Source: an uncultured virus (IMG/VR IMGVR_UViG_3300030101_001550)
Lineage: Duplodnaviria > Heunggongvirae > Uroviricota > Caudoviricetes
IMG/VR virus record: IMGVR_UViG_3300030101_001550
DNA: 64,000 nucleotides
Direction: 5' to 3' (one strand)
How positions within the stretch are numbered: the stretch's first letter is position 1; each line of letters begins with the position of its first letter. Below the pieces are notes generated by a model. It was not told the origin of the DNA. It did no database searches and saw nothing but the letters and a program-made list of their open reading frames with translations. Positions 29,736 to 40,106 of this stretch are shown here, piece by piece. Made by a program: the position numbers and the translations under genes.

Positions 29736-30171
29736 GCTAAGAAAAGCAATAGAAACTGATGTTATTCAGATACGAGAGCTTTTAAAGAAATGGTTAATTG
29801 AAACAAAATTAAACTTTGGTGTAACAAACAATAGCAAAGCAAGGGAAAATATATTAGAATACATACGTCAAAACTTTGTCGTAGTGGCAGTTAAGGACGG
29901 TAAAATTATTGGAAGTATAGCAATGGCGCATTGTGATACTTGGTATACCGATAAAGCTTTTTATCGAACACTATGGTTTTTTGTCGATGAAAACGAGAGA
30001 AACCCTAGTATTGCAAAATCTTTATTAGACTTTGCGAGAGAATATGCTAAAGTACAAAATATTCCAATGATTTTAGAAATTATGCAAGGAAAAGATATGG
30101 ATAGAAAACATCAATGGATTACTCGACAAAACCTTGACTATCTTGGTGGAACTTATGCAGAGGGATTATAA
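29728..30171 (+). CDS. GNAT-family acetyltransferase-like protein
   Basis: IKLRKA, GKIIG, FFVDENERNPSIAKSLL (motif A-like). Confidence 0.7.
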   Translation: MIKLRKAIETDVIQIRELLKKWLIETKLNFGVTNNSKARENILEYIRQNFVVVAVKDGKIIGSIAMAHCDTWYTDKAFYRTLWFFVDENERNPSIAKSLLDFAREYAKVQNIPMILEIMQGKDMDRKHQWITRQNLDYLGGTYAEGL

Positions 30172-31274
30172 TGGGAAGTATCTTCAAACCTAAAACTACT
30201 ACTGTACCAGCTTCTTCATCAGGAACAGTTACATACGAAATACCAGAATATTTTAAGAAAGCTCAAGAAGAATTATTTCAACGAGCTACAGCTGAATCTA
30301 AAAGACCTTATGAATCTTTTCAAGGGCAACGAATAGCTGATTTTACACAAGCACAGCGTGATGCAATATCTGCAGCAGGCGGACAAATAGGTGCTTTTGA
30401 AAGATCAGGTGCTACTACAGAAGCAAGGGGCATGTTAGATGAAATGAGAAATGTAGGTGAAAGAAGATTTACAGGCTCTACTGTAGATGAATACATGAAT
30501 CCTTACATAGAAAATGTTGTTAACAGATCAGTATCAAGAATAGCTGATATGGAAGGTCAAAGAAGAAATGCAGCTAGTGCAAATCAAATAAGTGCAGGTG
30601 CATACGGCGGTAGTCGTGGTGCAATAGAACAAGCTGTTGGTGCTGCAGAGAGTGGAAGAGCAGCAGGTGATTTAGCTGCGGGATTATACGCTCAAGGATT
30701 TAACACAGCACGAGGTGCATTTGATCAAGATAGAAATATTGAAATGGCAAATTTAGGTGCACTAGCGCAAGCAATACCTGCGCTTCAATTACAAAAACAA
30801 GGCGCTGCTATGCAAGAAGCAGAGGGTGCGATGAAGTTTGGAGCAGCAGAACAAGGATTAGAACAAGCTAGATTAAATGAAGCTTACAAAGATTTTATAG
30901 AACAGCAAGGTTTTGGAAGAGGGCAACTTGCTTTTTTAACTTCTATCTTATCTGGAGCACCTATAAGAAGTTATGGTCAATCTTCTACAGGCACTCAAGA
31001 TCAAGTTATAGGAGGTACTTCACCTTTTGCACAAATAGCAGGAACAGCAATGGCGTTTGCAAGACCGCCTTCTGATGTAAGACTAAAGAGAGATATAGAG
31101 CTAGTTGGTAAATCACCTAGTGGAATAAATGTTTATAACTTTAAATATCTAAATTCTGATGACACTTATCAAGGGGTTATGGCACAAGAGGTTCCAGAAG
31201 CTTCTGTATTGATAAACAATTATTATCATGTTGATTATTCGAAAGTAGATGTAGAATTTAAAAAATTAAGTTAA
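30171..31274 (+). CDS. Ejection/internal virion protein with C-terminal peptidase S74-like chaperone domain
   Basis: YMNPY, AGAYGGSR motifs; C-terminal SDVRLKRDI...GVMAQEV...VDYSKV. Confidence 0.75.
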   Translation: MGSIFKPKTTTVPASSSGTVTYEIPEYFKKAQEELFQRATAESKRPYESFQGQRIADFTQAQRDAISAAGGQIGAFERSGATTEARGMLDEMRNVGERRFTGSTVDEYMNPYIENVVNRSVSRIADMEGQRRNAASANQISAGAYGGSRGAIEQAVGAAESGRAAGDLAAGLYAQGFNTARGAFDQDRNIEMANLGALAQAIPALQLQKQGAAMQEAEGAMKFGAAEQGLEQARLNEAYKDFIEQQGFGRGQLAFLTSILSGAPIRSYGQSSTGTQDQVIGGTSPFAQIAGTAMAFARPPSDVRLKRDIELVGKSPSGINVYNFKYLNSDDTYQGVMAQEVPEASVLINNYYHVDYSKVDVEFKKLS

Positions 31275-31281
31275 AAAAGCG

Positions 31282-33708
31282 ATGGCTATACGAAATTTTT
31301 TTAACCCAAATGGAAGTGCAACAGACGATATTACTCAATTAAAATCATTAGTAGATGCTTCATCTACTGGAGATGTAGATGACGTTGTGCAACAACAAAT
31401 AATAAATAAGTATGGAAGTTATGACGCTTTATACAACGCATACGAAGAAGAACAAAATTATCAAGATTTAGTTAGTAGAACTATCGCAGAGGGCGGAGGC
31501 ACAGGCAACGATATGATGGCTGATTTCTATGCTAATCAAACAAATGCTCTTGGTCAAATGCAATCTATGGTAGACCAATCAGGAACTGGTGGAACTGTTT
31601 TACAAGCTTCTACTACTAATAATCAAAATCAAAATGAAGAACCACCAGAAGATGATAGAAATTTAAGAGAAAAAATAACTGACTCTATTGTTGAGATAGT
31701 TGGTTTTCCAGGTAGAGTAGCAGGAAATTTAAGAGATACTGTAAGTAGTCCAGATAAATTTACAAACTTTTTATTAGACCCTAGAACACAAGCTGGATTA
31801 CGAATGATACAAGAAGGTGGAACGCCTAGTTTTTCTTCTCCTTTTGCTCGTATATCAAAAGCTTTAATAGATACTTCGACATCTTTACAAGCACAAGCGG
31901 CGGCTGCTGCGAGTGCTAAGTCTGGAAAAGTAAACGCAAGAAGTCAAATCTATATACCAGGACAAAACCCAGTAGTTGATACTTATCTTATGAGTTTACC
32001 TTATGAATTAACTGAAGATGGTAAAGGAGTTAAAACAACTTATTATGACTACTTAACACAACAAGCTGCTCTTAATAATTATAGTGATATAACTTTAGAA
32101 TTTGATGATCAAAACAATTTAGTTGGTGTATCTAATATTCTTAAACAACATGATATGACTAAATACAAAGATGAAATATTTGAAAATTATATTATAGGAA
32201 CTAACAAAAATATTGATAATTTATTAGGAGACACTAATTCAACATTAGTAAAAAATAATACTGAAGCTGGAGGAACGAATAAAATCATAGTAGAGACAGG
32301 GCCTAAAGGTTTATACAAAGTTGAAGCTATGGAACTTGAAGGATTAACATATACAAATCAAGAATTTTTTGCAATAACAGGGCAAAACGATACGTTAGAT
32401 AAAGCACTTAAAAAATCAGGTTATGAATTTCCTGAAGGAACTAGAATAAAAGTAGAGGGACTAGTAGGAGATTTAAATGGAAAACAAGTCTATGGAGATT
32501 TAAATGCAGCAGAAGCTCCAGCAAGCACTGCGGGTAAAAAAGCTGATGATGTTCAATTAGATGAATTACCAATGCAAGAGGTAGCTACTACAGAAGTAAC
32601 TGAATTTTTAGAAAAAAGTAAAACAAGTAAAGAACAGTCTAATATTCTTTCTGCTGCAGTTTCAGGGTTAGGAAGTTTAGATCAACCTTTAGAATCTTTA
32701 GGTATTATGGAAACATACTTCCAAAGTCTAGCGAATGTTTCAGATAGTATTCTTGGTCCTAATAGTCCACTAAATCAAAAAATTCAAGAAGTATTACAAG
32801 GCGGTCAAGATGTTTATAGAAAGAGAGAAGAAGTTCAAACGTTATTAAACAACTTACTTCTTCCTAAACTTAAAGATTTATATCCAGTATCAGATAAAGA
32901 TATTGTTTTTTTAGGTAAATCACAACCTAGCTTATCGTCTAAATCATTCTTTAAAACAGCGTCATTTAACCAAGGTGTTTTTGCTTATGATGCTTTAATG
33001 GAACAAGGAATAGAAGCTTGGAATAACGCAGCAATTGCAGCAGGCAAACAGGCAGGATTCTTTTATTATCCTGGAGGTTTAGAATTTAACGGTAAAAAAT
33101 ATTACAAAGCGTTAGATTATGCTGAAGCATGGGCTAAAAATAGAACGAATGAATTATACGCTGAAGCTCTTGAAGATAATAACGCAGATATTATAGAAGC
33201 AACAAAAGCGTTTGGTTACGCTGATGGTAGTGATGAAACAATGCGTGAAGTTTCTAAACTTGCTATTCTAGATTATGCGAAAACGAAAAAATTTAGAGAA
33301 GGTAAGTCTGATCAATTTAAAGAAGCTAACTCAGATTATGTTAAAGGAATATTCCAAGTTGGATATACTTCAGGACAAGATAGTGACGCTTATAAAAATA
33401 TGGTAAGTGTATCGGATAGAATACATAGAGATAGACTTCAAATCTTATATATGATTCAAGCACTAGATAAAAAAGATGTTGACCTTACAAGAATAAATGA
33501 TCAAATTGGAAAATTAGTTACACAGTTCGAAGATTCTTATGGAATAAATTTTGATTCACCAACTCGTGAAGGAGAATTTATGATAAGTAACGTAGATAGC
33601 TATATAGAAGGATTAGGTTGGGCAAACCTTCAAGCTGATCAAAACAACATCATGTCATACATATATACTAATGATTTAGGTTTAAGTTTAGTAGGAACAC
33701 AACAATAA
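31282..33708 (+). CDS. Probable internal virion/ejection protein
   Basis: Large helical protein in the ejection-gene position. Confidence 0.6.
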   Translation: MAIRNFFNPNGSATDDITQLKSLVDASSTGDVDDVVQQQIINKYGSYDALYNAYEEEQNYQDLVSRTIAEGGGTGNDMMADFYANQTNALGQMQSMVDQSGTGGTVLQASTTNNQNQNEEPPEDDRNLREKITDSIVEIVGFPGRVAGNLRDTVSSPDKFTNFLLDPRTQAGLRMIQEGGTPSFSSPFARISKALIDTSTSLQAQAAAAASAKSGKVNARSQIYIPGQNPVVDTYLMSLPYELTEDGKGVKTTYYDYLTQQAALNNYSDITLEFDDQNNLVGVSNILKQHDMTKYKDEIFENYIIGTNKNIDNLLGDTNSTLVKNNTEAGGTNKIIVETGPKGLYKVEAMELEGLTYTNQEFFAITGQNDTLDKALKKSGYEFPEGTRIKVEGLVGDLNGKQVYGDLNAAEAPASTAGKKADDVQLDELPMQEVATTEVTEFLEKSKTSKEQSNILSAAVSGLGSLDQPLESLGIMETYFQSLANVSDSILGPNSPLNQKIQEVLQGGQDVYRKREEVQTLLNNLLLPKLKDLYPVSDKDIVFLGKSQPSLSSKSFFKTASFNQGVFAYDALMEQGIEAWNNAAIAAGKQAGFFYYPGGLEFNGKKYYKALDYAEAWAKNRTNELYAEALEDNNADIIEATKAFGYADGSDETMREVSKLAILDYAKTKKFREGKSDQFKEANSDYVKGIFQVGYTSGQDSDAYKNMVSVSDRIHRDRLQILYMIQALDKKDVDLTRINDQIGKLVTQFEDSYGINFDSPTREGEFMISNVDSYIEGLGWANLQADQNNIMSYIYTNDLGLSLVGTQQ

Positions 33709-36700
33709 TGGCAGATATAACAACAAATTTAGATACTAGCGAATTAGATGATGATATTTTAAAAATATTACAAGACGATGCTGGAATAACAGAGGAAGTA
33801 GCTACTACAGAAAATATAGAACAATCTAATGCAGATTATCTCGCTACATTTGGATTAAGTTTAGACGCCATGAAACAAGGCTCTGACATGAAAGCGAAAA
33901 GAGAATCTGAGGGTAAACAGGCTTACTATCAAGATGTATTTCAAAATTTTATAGTTCCTAACGAACTTTTAATGCAACAAATACAAACTGACACTACTAA
34001 TTTATACGGACAAAAATATGGAAGTGTAGATAACATAGATAATTTTTTATTTGACGAATTAAAACAAGAAGTTATTGGCATGACTGTTGATAGAATGTTT
34101 GATCAACAAATTCCACAAGTTATGGGTGCGTATGAAAATTATATAAATAAATTAGAAGCTGATACACCAGCAAAAGAAGCAATGCTACTTGGCGGTATTG
34201 ACGAAAATTTAAAAATGAATATAGGGCCAAGAATCATCACAGAACTTGTAGGACCTAACGCTGATATAAGTGTTAAAAAAGATTTAGTAAAAGCTGTTTT
34301 GATGAACGCTAACCCTGACATGGACCCATCATTAATTACAGTAGGCACGTTTAACGAAATCACCGGCGGAACATACAAAGGTGAAAATGGAGATATGCTT
34401 GCGTACAGAATAGGTAATGGCTTAGTTCAACCAGTAAATGTTCCAGGTATGGACTCAGGTGATATGGCTATGATCATAAGAGAAATACCTAATATTATAG
34501 CAGGAATAGGTGGAGGTGTAGTTGGCTCGCCAGGTGGAATATTTGGAAGTGCTGGAGGAGCAGCTGCAAGTGTAGCAGTAACAGAACTTATTGTAAACAG
34601 TATAGGTCATGCTTATTCTCTACAAGCTAAAGAAGGCGATATATCTGAAGAGCAAATAGTACAATTTATAAAAGATAATTATAAAAATGTTTTAGGAGAT
34701 GTTGCTATGGCGGCAACATTTGAAGCTGCATTTGGTGTAGCAATACCAGGTATAGCTAGATTCGTTAAAAGATTTGTAGCTAAAAGAGCAGGGGCTTTAC
34801 CGCCTAATCAACTAATAAAAGCATATGAAACATTTCAAAAAGCTGGTGGAGAGGTAAATGAAGCTTCTGTTAATAGAGTTAATAAAATATTACAAGACGA
34901 ATTAGGACCAGACGCTCCTCAAGTCGATATTACAATTTTACAAGCTTTTAAATCTGGAGCAGTTCCAGTAACTAAAGATGCTTTAAATAAAACTTCTACG
35001 CCATATCAAGTAACTGCATTTGATTTAGCACAAGTTCAAATAATAAGAGAAGTTAGTGAAGCATTTACAGAATTAAGTAAAAAAACAGCTAAAGGAGATA
35101 TATCAGATGTTCCTGATTTTGCTGTCAGCCCTCAAATATTATTTGGTAATGACTTTCTCGCTGCAGCGAATAAAATAACACAACAACAATTAGACGAATC
35201 AAGTTCTTTGTTTGTTAATCCTTATAACGAATTAAATGCTATTTTATACAGCGTAGTAAAAACTGCTGACGGTGAAACATTTAACCCTAACATGATAGCT
35301 CAAACTGCTAATAAATTTACGCTAGAAATGATACAAAAACAAAACAATAAAATAGCAACTTTATTAGAGGGTGCATTAGGAAAAGATCCGTTAAATGTAA
35401 AATTTATAAAACCACAACAATATAGACAAACAGCTTATTCTTTAATTAGAACACTTAATAAGTCTTTTATGAAAGACATGGATAAAGGACAAAGAGAAGC
35501 TTTAAAAAGTATAATTGATCAAGTATCAATATTTACAAAAAGCACGCCGGGACCGGGTAAGATAAAAGCTTTTTCTTATGGTGAAATAGATTCTTTATTA
35601 AATGACTTAAACGATATTATTGATAATCCTGGAACTTATGGAGCTTTAGCTAAAAAGCAAAAAGTTGTAAGTTTAGCAAGTAGTTTACGTGATGATTTGT
35701 ACGGAGCGATAAACAGAGAATTTAGAGATAAATTTGGACTTCAAGAAGGACCTGCTAAATTTAAAGAATTTTTAAATACAAGAAATTTTGCAAGACAGTT
35801 AAACAATTTAAAAAACTCTGACTTGTTAATGAAAGTATTAAGAAATGACGAAATAGGATTTACTCAAGGTGGAGAAAATTTATTTATGGGCATGATGTCC
35901 AGTCAAGCTGGAAAGAAACAATTAGGACAAATAAGTTATCTATTTAATGAGATTCCAGAACTAGCTCCTCAAAAAGAATTATTTAAAGAAAGTATATTGC
36001 AGACTTTAGCGAAAGCACTAGATGGTGAAACTGGAGATGGCTTACAAACTGCGATGAATAATAAAGATTTTGCAGGTATAAATAAAATTTTTAAGAAATG
36101 GATAAATCAAAATGGCGCTATTGCAGAACAATTTTTTAGCCCAGCAGAATGGAAACAAATTTCTAAAGGTGGAATAAACGCTGTTAATAAATTAAAACAA
36201 TTAACGTCAGAGAGAGCTGCTTTAAATAGTTACATAAAAGGATTTACAGGGAAAATTGGAAGTATGGAGTATCAAAGTCTGTACAAATTTTTTCAAGATA
36301 ACCCTACTAAATTAAATGAATTTATAACAGAAGGTGTTAAGCGAAAAGTATTAAGTAAAGAAATGGTTAATAATTTTAGAAGATACTCGATGATGCAGTT
36401 CAATAATAAAACTATGATACAAGCTGGAGAAGGTATATTTATATTTGATCCTAAAGCACTAAAGAACGAAATTGCTAGTAAACCAGAATTTTATAGAGAA
36501 ATGTTTGGTGAAAAATGGCTTAATTCTTTTACAGAAATGTCTAGTTTCTTAGATCAATATTATAGTCCTGTTATTGCTGCATTAAGAAGTGGAGATGCTG
36601 CAGTTGCAGATGCTCTTAAAAACGTTTTCTTCGGTCAGTTAGATAGAAAAAGAACTTTAATAAGAGGTATTGCTAATCTAATGAGATTGAACGATAATAG

Positions 36701-36953
36701 AGGATTTGTAAATTTCTTTAAGTTTGAAGATTTTAAAAGTGCTTATAAGAACGCAAACCTTTCTACAACAGCTATGAATGTATCTCAGATAATAGAGTCA
36801 AGTGTGGCAGGTGGATTTAGAGCTGATGAAGATAGACAAAATACAACTGTAAGTAATGTAACCGATGCTGCAATAATAACAGGAGCAGCTACAGTAGGGG
36901 CTGTTGATAAAGGATTAGAAATAGGCGCAGATATTATAGGGTTAGGTGAATAA
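33708..36953 (+). CDS. Probable large internal virion/ejection protein
   Basis: 1081 aa with a Gly/Ala-rich hydrophobic segment; position. Confidence 0.6.
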   Translation: MADITTNLDTSELDDDILKILQDDAGITEEVATTENIEQSNADYLATFGLSLDAMKQGSDMKAKRESEGKQAYYQDVFQNFIVPNELLMQQIQTDTTNLYGQKYGSVDNIDNFLFDELKQEVIGMTVDRMFDQQIPQVMGAYENYINKLEADTPAKEAMLLGGIDENLKMNIGPRIITELVGPNADISVKKDLVKAVLMNANPDMDPSLITVGTFNEITGGTYKGENGDMLAYRIGNGLVQPVNVPGMDSGDMAMIIREIPNIIAGIGGGVVGSPGGIFGSAGGAAASVAVTELIVNSIGHAYSLQAKEGDISEEQIVQFIKDNYKNVLGDVAMAATFEAAFGVAIPGIARFVKRFVAKRAGALPPNQLIKAYETFQKAGGEVNEASVNRVNKILQDELGPDAPQVDITILQAFKSGAVPVTKDALNKTSTPYQVTAFDLAQVQIIREVSEAFTELSKKTAKGDISDVPDFAVSPQILFGNDFLAAANKITQQQLDESSSLFVNPYNELNAILYSVVKTADGETFNPNMIAQTANKFTLEMIQKQNNKIATLLEGALGKDPLNVKFIKPQQYRQTAYSLIRTLNKSFMKDMDKGQREALKSIIDQVSIFTKSTPGPGKIKAFSYGEIDSLLNDLNDIIDNPGTYGALAKKQKVVSLASSLRDDLYGAINREFRDKFGLQEGPAKFKEFLNTRNFARQLNNLKNSDLLMKVLRNDEIGFTQGGENLFMGMMSSQAGKKQLGQISYLFNEIPELAPQKELFKESILQTLAKALDGETGDGLQTAMNNKDFAGINKIFKKWINQNGAIAEQFFSPAEWKQISKGGINAVNKLKQLTSERAALNSYIKGFTGKIGSMEYQSLYKFFQDNPTKLNEFITEGVKRKVLSKEMVNNFRRYSMMQFNNKTMIQAGEGIFIFDPKALKNEIASKPEFYREMFGEKWLNSFTEMSSFLDQYYSPVIAALRSGDAAVADALKNVFFGQLDRKRTLIRGIANLMRLNDNRGFVNFFKFEDFKSAYKNANLSTTAMNVSQIIESSVAGGFRADEDRQNTTVSNVTDAAIITGAATVGAVDKGLEIGADIIGLGE

Positions 36954-37195
36954 TGACTGACTTAAGCACACAAACGGTAGAATTAGCTGTGCATGAAGCT
37001 CAAGAAAAAGAAAAGTGGAAAAGACAAAACGAAATAAATTTAAGATTAGAAGAATTGGTAGAAAAAAATACAGAAGCGATTAACAGTTTAAATGTTACCA
37101 TTGCAAATAGTAAAGGAACATTGAAAGCGTTAGGTATAGTCAGTTTGATAATAGGTATAATTGTATCTTTATCAAACATATCATGGCCGAGATAA
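36953..37195 (+). CDS. Coiled-coil protein with C-terminal transmembrane segment
   Basis: LAVHEA motif; hydrophobic C-terminus. Confidence 0.65.
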   Translation: MTDLSTQTVELAVHEAQEKEKWKRQNEINLRLEELVEKNTEAINSLNVTIANSKGTLKALGIVSLIIGIIVSLSNISWPR

Positions 37196-37494
37196 GTAAA
37201 GTTAGATTAGGAATAGTTGCAGAACATTACGCCGTTCAATGGTTATTGAAACAAGGACATCAAGTATTCAATAATGTAGTTCATACTGGACCGATAGATT
37301 TAGTAATATTGAAAAACAATAAACTAATACCAGTTGACGTTAAAGTTGTTAGTCATAGAAAGAACAAAGACTTGTTAGAATGTCAACGTAAAGTATTTAG
37401 GTCGCCAAATACTAGGCAAAAAGAGCTAGGAGTTAGAATTTTAAACGTTGATTTAATCAATAATCACTGTTATTGGAACGAAAATATAGTATAA
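37183..37494 (+). CDS. PD-(D/E)xK nuclease-like protein
   Basis: G..AE..A..WL..G, GPIDLV, VDVK motifs. Confidence 0.7.
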   Translation: MAEISKVRLGIVAEHYAVQWLLKQGHQVFNNVVHTGPIDLVILKNNKLIPVDVKVVSHRKNKDLLECQRKVFRSPNTRQKELGVRILNVDLINNHCYWNENIV

Positions 37495-37519
37495 TCGAAA
37501 CAATAACAAAGGAGTTTTT

Positions 37520-37639
37520 ATGAAACTTTTACAAGATTTATGGGCGCATTTAAAAGAGTGGTCTGATTGGAGCATGAAAGATTGGATTAAAGCTGCGATA
37601 GTAGCAATAATTGTAATCATAGTGATAGGGGCTTTATAG
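37520..37639 (+). CDS. 39-aa membrane protein in the lysis module
   Basis: SD AAGGAG; MKLLQDLWAHLKEWSDW...IVAIIVIIVIGAL. Confidence 0.65.
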   Translation: MKLLQDLWAHLKEWSDWSMKDWIKAAIVAIIVIIVIGAL

Positions 37640-37642
37640 AAA

Positions 37643-38038
37643 ATGGTTTGGCAGTTGTTAGCAAAACCCTTACTAGGCGTTGTCGCTGATGGCGTCAAGG
37701 GTTTTGTTGACACTAAAAAAGCCAAAGCTCAATTAAAAGTTACAGAAATAAAAGCACAGACTAAATTAAAGCAAGACCAGATTGCTGGTAAAGTTGCATG
37801 GGAACAGAGCGCAGTTGATCAAATGCAAGGGTCATGGAAAGATGAATTAAGTCTCATAGTCCTTTTGGTCCCTGCAGTTTTGGTGTTCATTCCAGGGATG
37901 ACTGAACATGTAGAACGAGGGTTTATAGCGTTACAGCAATTACCAGAATATTATCAACATTTATTATACATTGCAATAAGTGCTTCCTTTGGTATAAAAG
38001 GAGTAGGAGGAGCAGTTAAAATGCTCAAGAAAAAATAA
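37643..38038 (+). CDS. Holin-like membrane protein
   Basis: SWKDE followed by hydrophobic segments, ASFGIKG; directly upstream of the lysozyme. Confidence 0.65.
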   Translation: MVWQLLAKPLLGVVADGVKGFVDTKKAKAQLKVTEIKAQTKLKQDQIAGKVAWEQSAVDQMQGSWKDELSLIVLLVPAVLVFIPGMTEHVERGFIALQQLPEYYQHLLYIAISASFGIKGVGGAVKMLKKK

Positions 38039-38460
38039 TGGAAGATTTAGAAAAAAGAATCAAGCATCACGAAGGTTACAGAAATATGGTGTACAAAGAT
38101 ACACTTGGAAAAAGAACAATAGGGTGGGGACATCTATGTCGTAAAGACGAAACTTGGGAAGATGATACAGAATACCCTGAAGAAGTATTACAGCATTATT
38201 TCGATATAGATTTCGATACTGCAATAGCTGGCGCAGATAGACTATGCGGAAACATGAATTTACCAGAAAAAGCAGAAGAAATAATTATAGAAATGTGTTT
38301 TCAGTTAGGGGAAACAGGAGTATCTAAGTTTAAAAATATGCTTAGTGCTTTAGAGAAAAAAGATTTTCAAACAGCGGCTGACGAAATGATGGACTCTAGA
38401 TGGGCGAAACAAACGCCTAATAGAGCTAAAGAGTTAAGCGAAACAATGAGGAGTGTATAA
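38038..38460 (+). CDS. Lysozyme/endolysin (T4-lysozyme-like, GH24)
   Basis: HEG...YKDTLGKRTIGWGH, AADEMMDSRWAKQTPNRA. Confidence 0.9.
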   Translation: MEDLEKRIKHHEGYRNMVYKDTLGKRTIGWGHLCRKDETWEDDTEYPEEVLQHYFDIDFDTAIAGADRLCGNMNLPEKAEEIIIEMCFQLGETGVSKFKNMLSALEKKDFQTAADEMMDSRWAKQTPNRAKELSETMRSV

Positions 38461-38591
38461 TGCCAGGACTTTGGGCTAATATTCATGCTAAAAGAAAGCG
38501 TGGAGAAAAAATGAGAAAAAAAGGCCAGAAGGGTGCGCCAACAGAAAAAGCTTTGAAAAGAGCGCAACAAAAAAGTAAAAAGAAAAAATGA
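38460..38591 (+). CDS. 43-aa basic protein
   Basis: MPGLWANIHAKRKRGEKMRKKG...; coupled at both ends. Confidence 0.65.
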   Translation: MPGLWANIHAKRKRGEKMRKKGQKGAPTEKALKRAQQKSKKKK

Positions 38592-38782
38592 AAAAGATAC
38601 CTAAAAAATATCTTTCTGGCACTAGCGGTAAAACAAGAACTGCTAGAAAAAAAGCAATACAAAGATTAAATAAAAATAATAAAGGATCTGGAGTTTTACC
38701 TGGAGATAAGAAGGGTGGAAAATTTGTAGGCTCTAAAAAAGAGAGTGTACACAATAAACGATTTAGGAGAATGTATGGCTAA
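38588..38782 (+). CDS. Small basic protein
   Basis: IPKKYLSG, LPGDK, FRRMYG motifs. Confidence 0.65.
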   Translation: MKKIPKKYLSGTSGKTRTARKKAIQRLNKNNKGSGVLPGDKKGGKFVGSKKESVHNKRFRRMYG

Positions 38783-39059
38783 AAAGAAATCAAGTAGTAC
38801 GTCAACAGCTATTGCTAACAAAGCAAAAAAAGCAGGTGTATCGCCAAGTAAAGTAAGAGCTATTTACAATAGAGGATTAGCAGCTTATAGAACTAGTGGA
38901 CACAGAAAAGGTGTTTCTCCACAAGCATGGGCTATGGCGAGAGTAAACTCAGCTTTAACTGGTGGAAAAGCAGCGAAAGTAGATAGTGATATTTTAAAAG
39001 GAAAGAAAAGTAAAAATAGAAACCCTGACGGTACGACTAAAAAGAAAAAGAAAAAATAG
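38745..39059 (+). CDS. Small basic protein (true start probably MAKKK)
   Basis: YNRGLAAYRTSGHR...QAWAMARVNS. Confidence 0.7.
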   Translation: MYTINDLGECMAKKKSSSTSTAIANKAKKAGVSPSKVRAIYNRGLAAYRTSGHRKGVSPQAWAMARVNSALTGGKAAKVDSDILKGKKSKNRNPDGTTKKKKKK

Positions 39060-39343
39060 TGAAAAAAGAACACAAAAATAAAAAAGGCGGTCTATCTGCA
39101 AAGGGCAGAGCTTTTTTTAATTCTAAAGGTGCTAACTTAAAAGCACCTGTAAAGAAAGGTACCAATCCTAGAAGGGTATCGTTTGCTGCCAGATTTGCTG
39201 GTATGAAAGGACCAATGAAAGACGAGAAGGGTAGACCAACTCGAAAAGCACTAGCACTTAAAGCATGGGGTTTTGGCTCAGTAGAAGCAGCTAGAAACTT
39301 TGCTAACAAAAATAAAAAATCAGCTAAAAAGAAAAAATCTTAA
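39059..39343 (+). CDS. Small basic protein
   Basis: GGLSAKGR, NPRRVSFAARFAGMKG motifs. Confidence 0.7.
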   Translation: MKKEHKNKKGGLSAKGRAFFNSKGANLKAPVKKGTNPRRVSFAARFAGMKGPMKDEKGRPTRKALALKAWGFGSVEAARNFANKNKKSAKKKKS

Positions 39344-40106
39344 AATGCGTTATTATTTATGTACATTAATAACGTTCGTAAGTATTGTTCTTTTTTGTTT
39401 TAAAGTAAATGCAACAGACACAAACAGTCAAACAAATACATCGGGCAGTAATACGAACATTACAGGGGGCTATACATCGACTACTACCAACACATATTCC
39501 GGTGGACAAACGAATACGACAACATCAACAACATCAAATGCATCAACTACCAATGGGTCAGATATACCACCACCTTCCGCAAACTCACCATCTTATTCTT
39601 CCATGTCTCAAGATGTTTGTAGTATGGGTGTTAGCGGTAGTCTTTCTACTGGTGTCGTTGGTTTTTCTGGCGGAAAGCATGTCATAGATGAAAATTGTGA
39701 ACGAATAAAATTAGCTAAAGTATTACAAGATTTTGGTATGAAAGTTGCTTCTGTTGCAATACTATGTCAAGATGCTCGTGTATTCGCAGCTATGGAATCT
39801 GCAGGAACACCTTGCCCTTTTGCTGGTAAAATAGGCGATGAAGCTAAAAAGTTATGGGCTACATATCCAATGTTAAGACCTGACTATGAAACATACTTAG
39901 AGAGAAAAGAAGTAGTCACTGAAGTAAACGAAAAAATAAGAGAGCAAAAAGAAAAAGAAGAAGCTGAACTTGCAAAAAAAGAAGCAGAAGAAAGAGCAGC
40001 AGAAGCATTAAGACTTGAAAGAGAATTACTAACACTAAAGGAAAAAGATGAAGTTGAAAATATTGAGCCTATTGCTGACTCTCCTGTTATCAACGTACAC
40101 GAATAG
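39300..40106 (+). CDS. Secreted/membrane protein with signal peptide (true start probably MRYYL)
   Basis: Signal-like N-terminus, Thr/Ser-rich segment, Cys motifs DENCERIKLAK and GTPCP. Confidence 0.65.
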   Translation: MLTKIKNQLKRKNLKMRYYLCTLITFVSIVLFCFKVNATDTNSQTNTSGSNTNITGGYTSTTTNTYSGGQTNTTTSTTSNASTTNGSDIPPPSANSPSYSSMSQDVCSMGVSGSLSTGVVGFSGGKHVIDENCERIKLAKVLQDFGMKVASVAILCQDARVFAAMESAGTPCPFAGKIGDEAKKLWATYPMLRPDYETYLERKEVVTEVNEKIREQKEKEEAELAKKEAEERAAEALRLERELLTLKEKDEVENIEPIADSPVINVHE

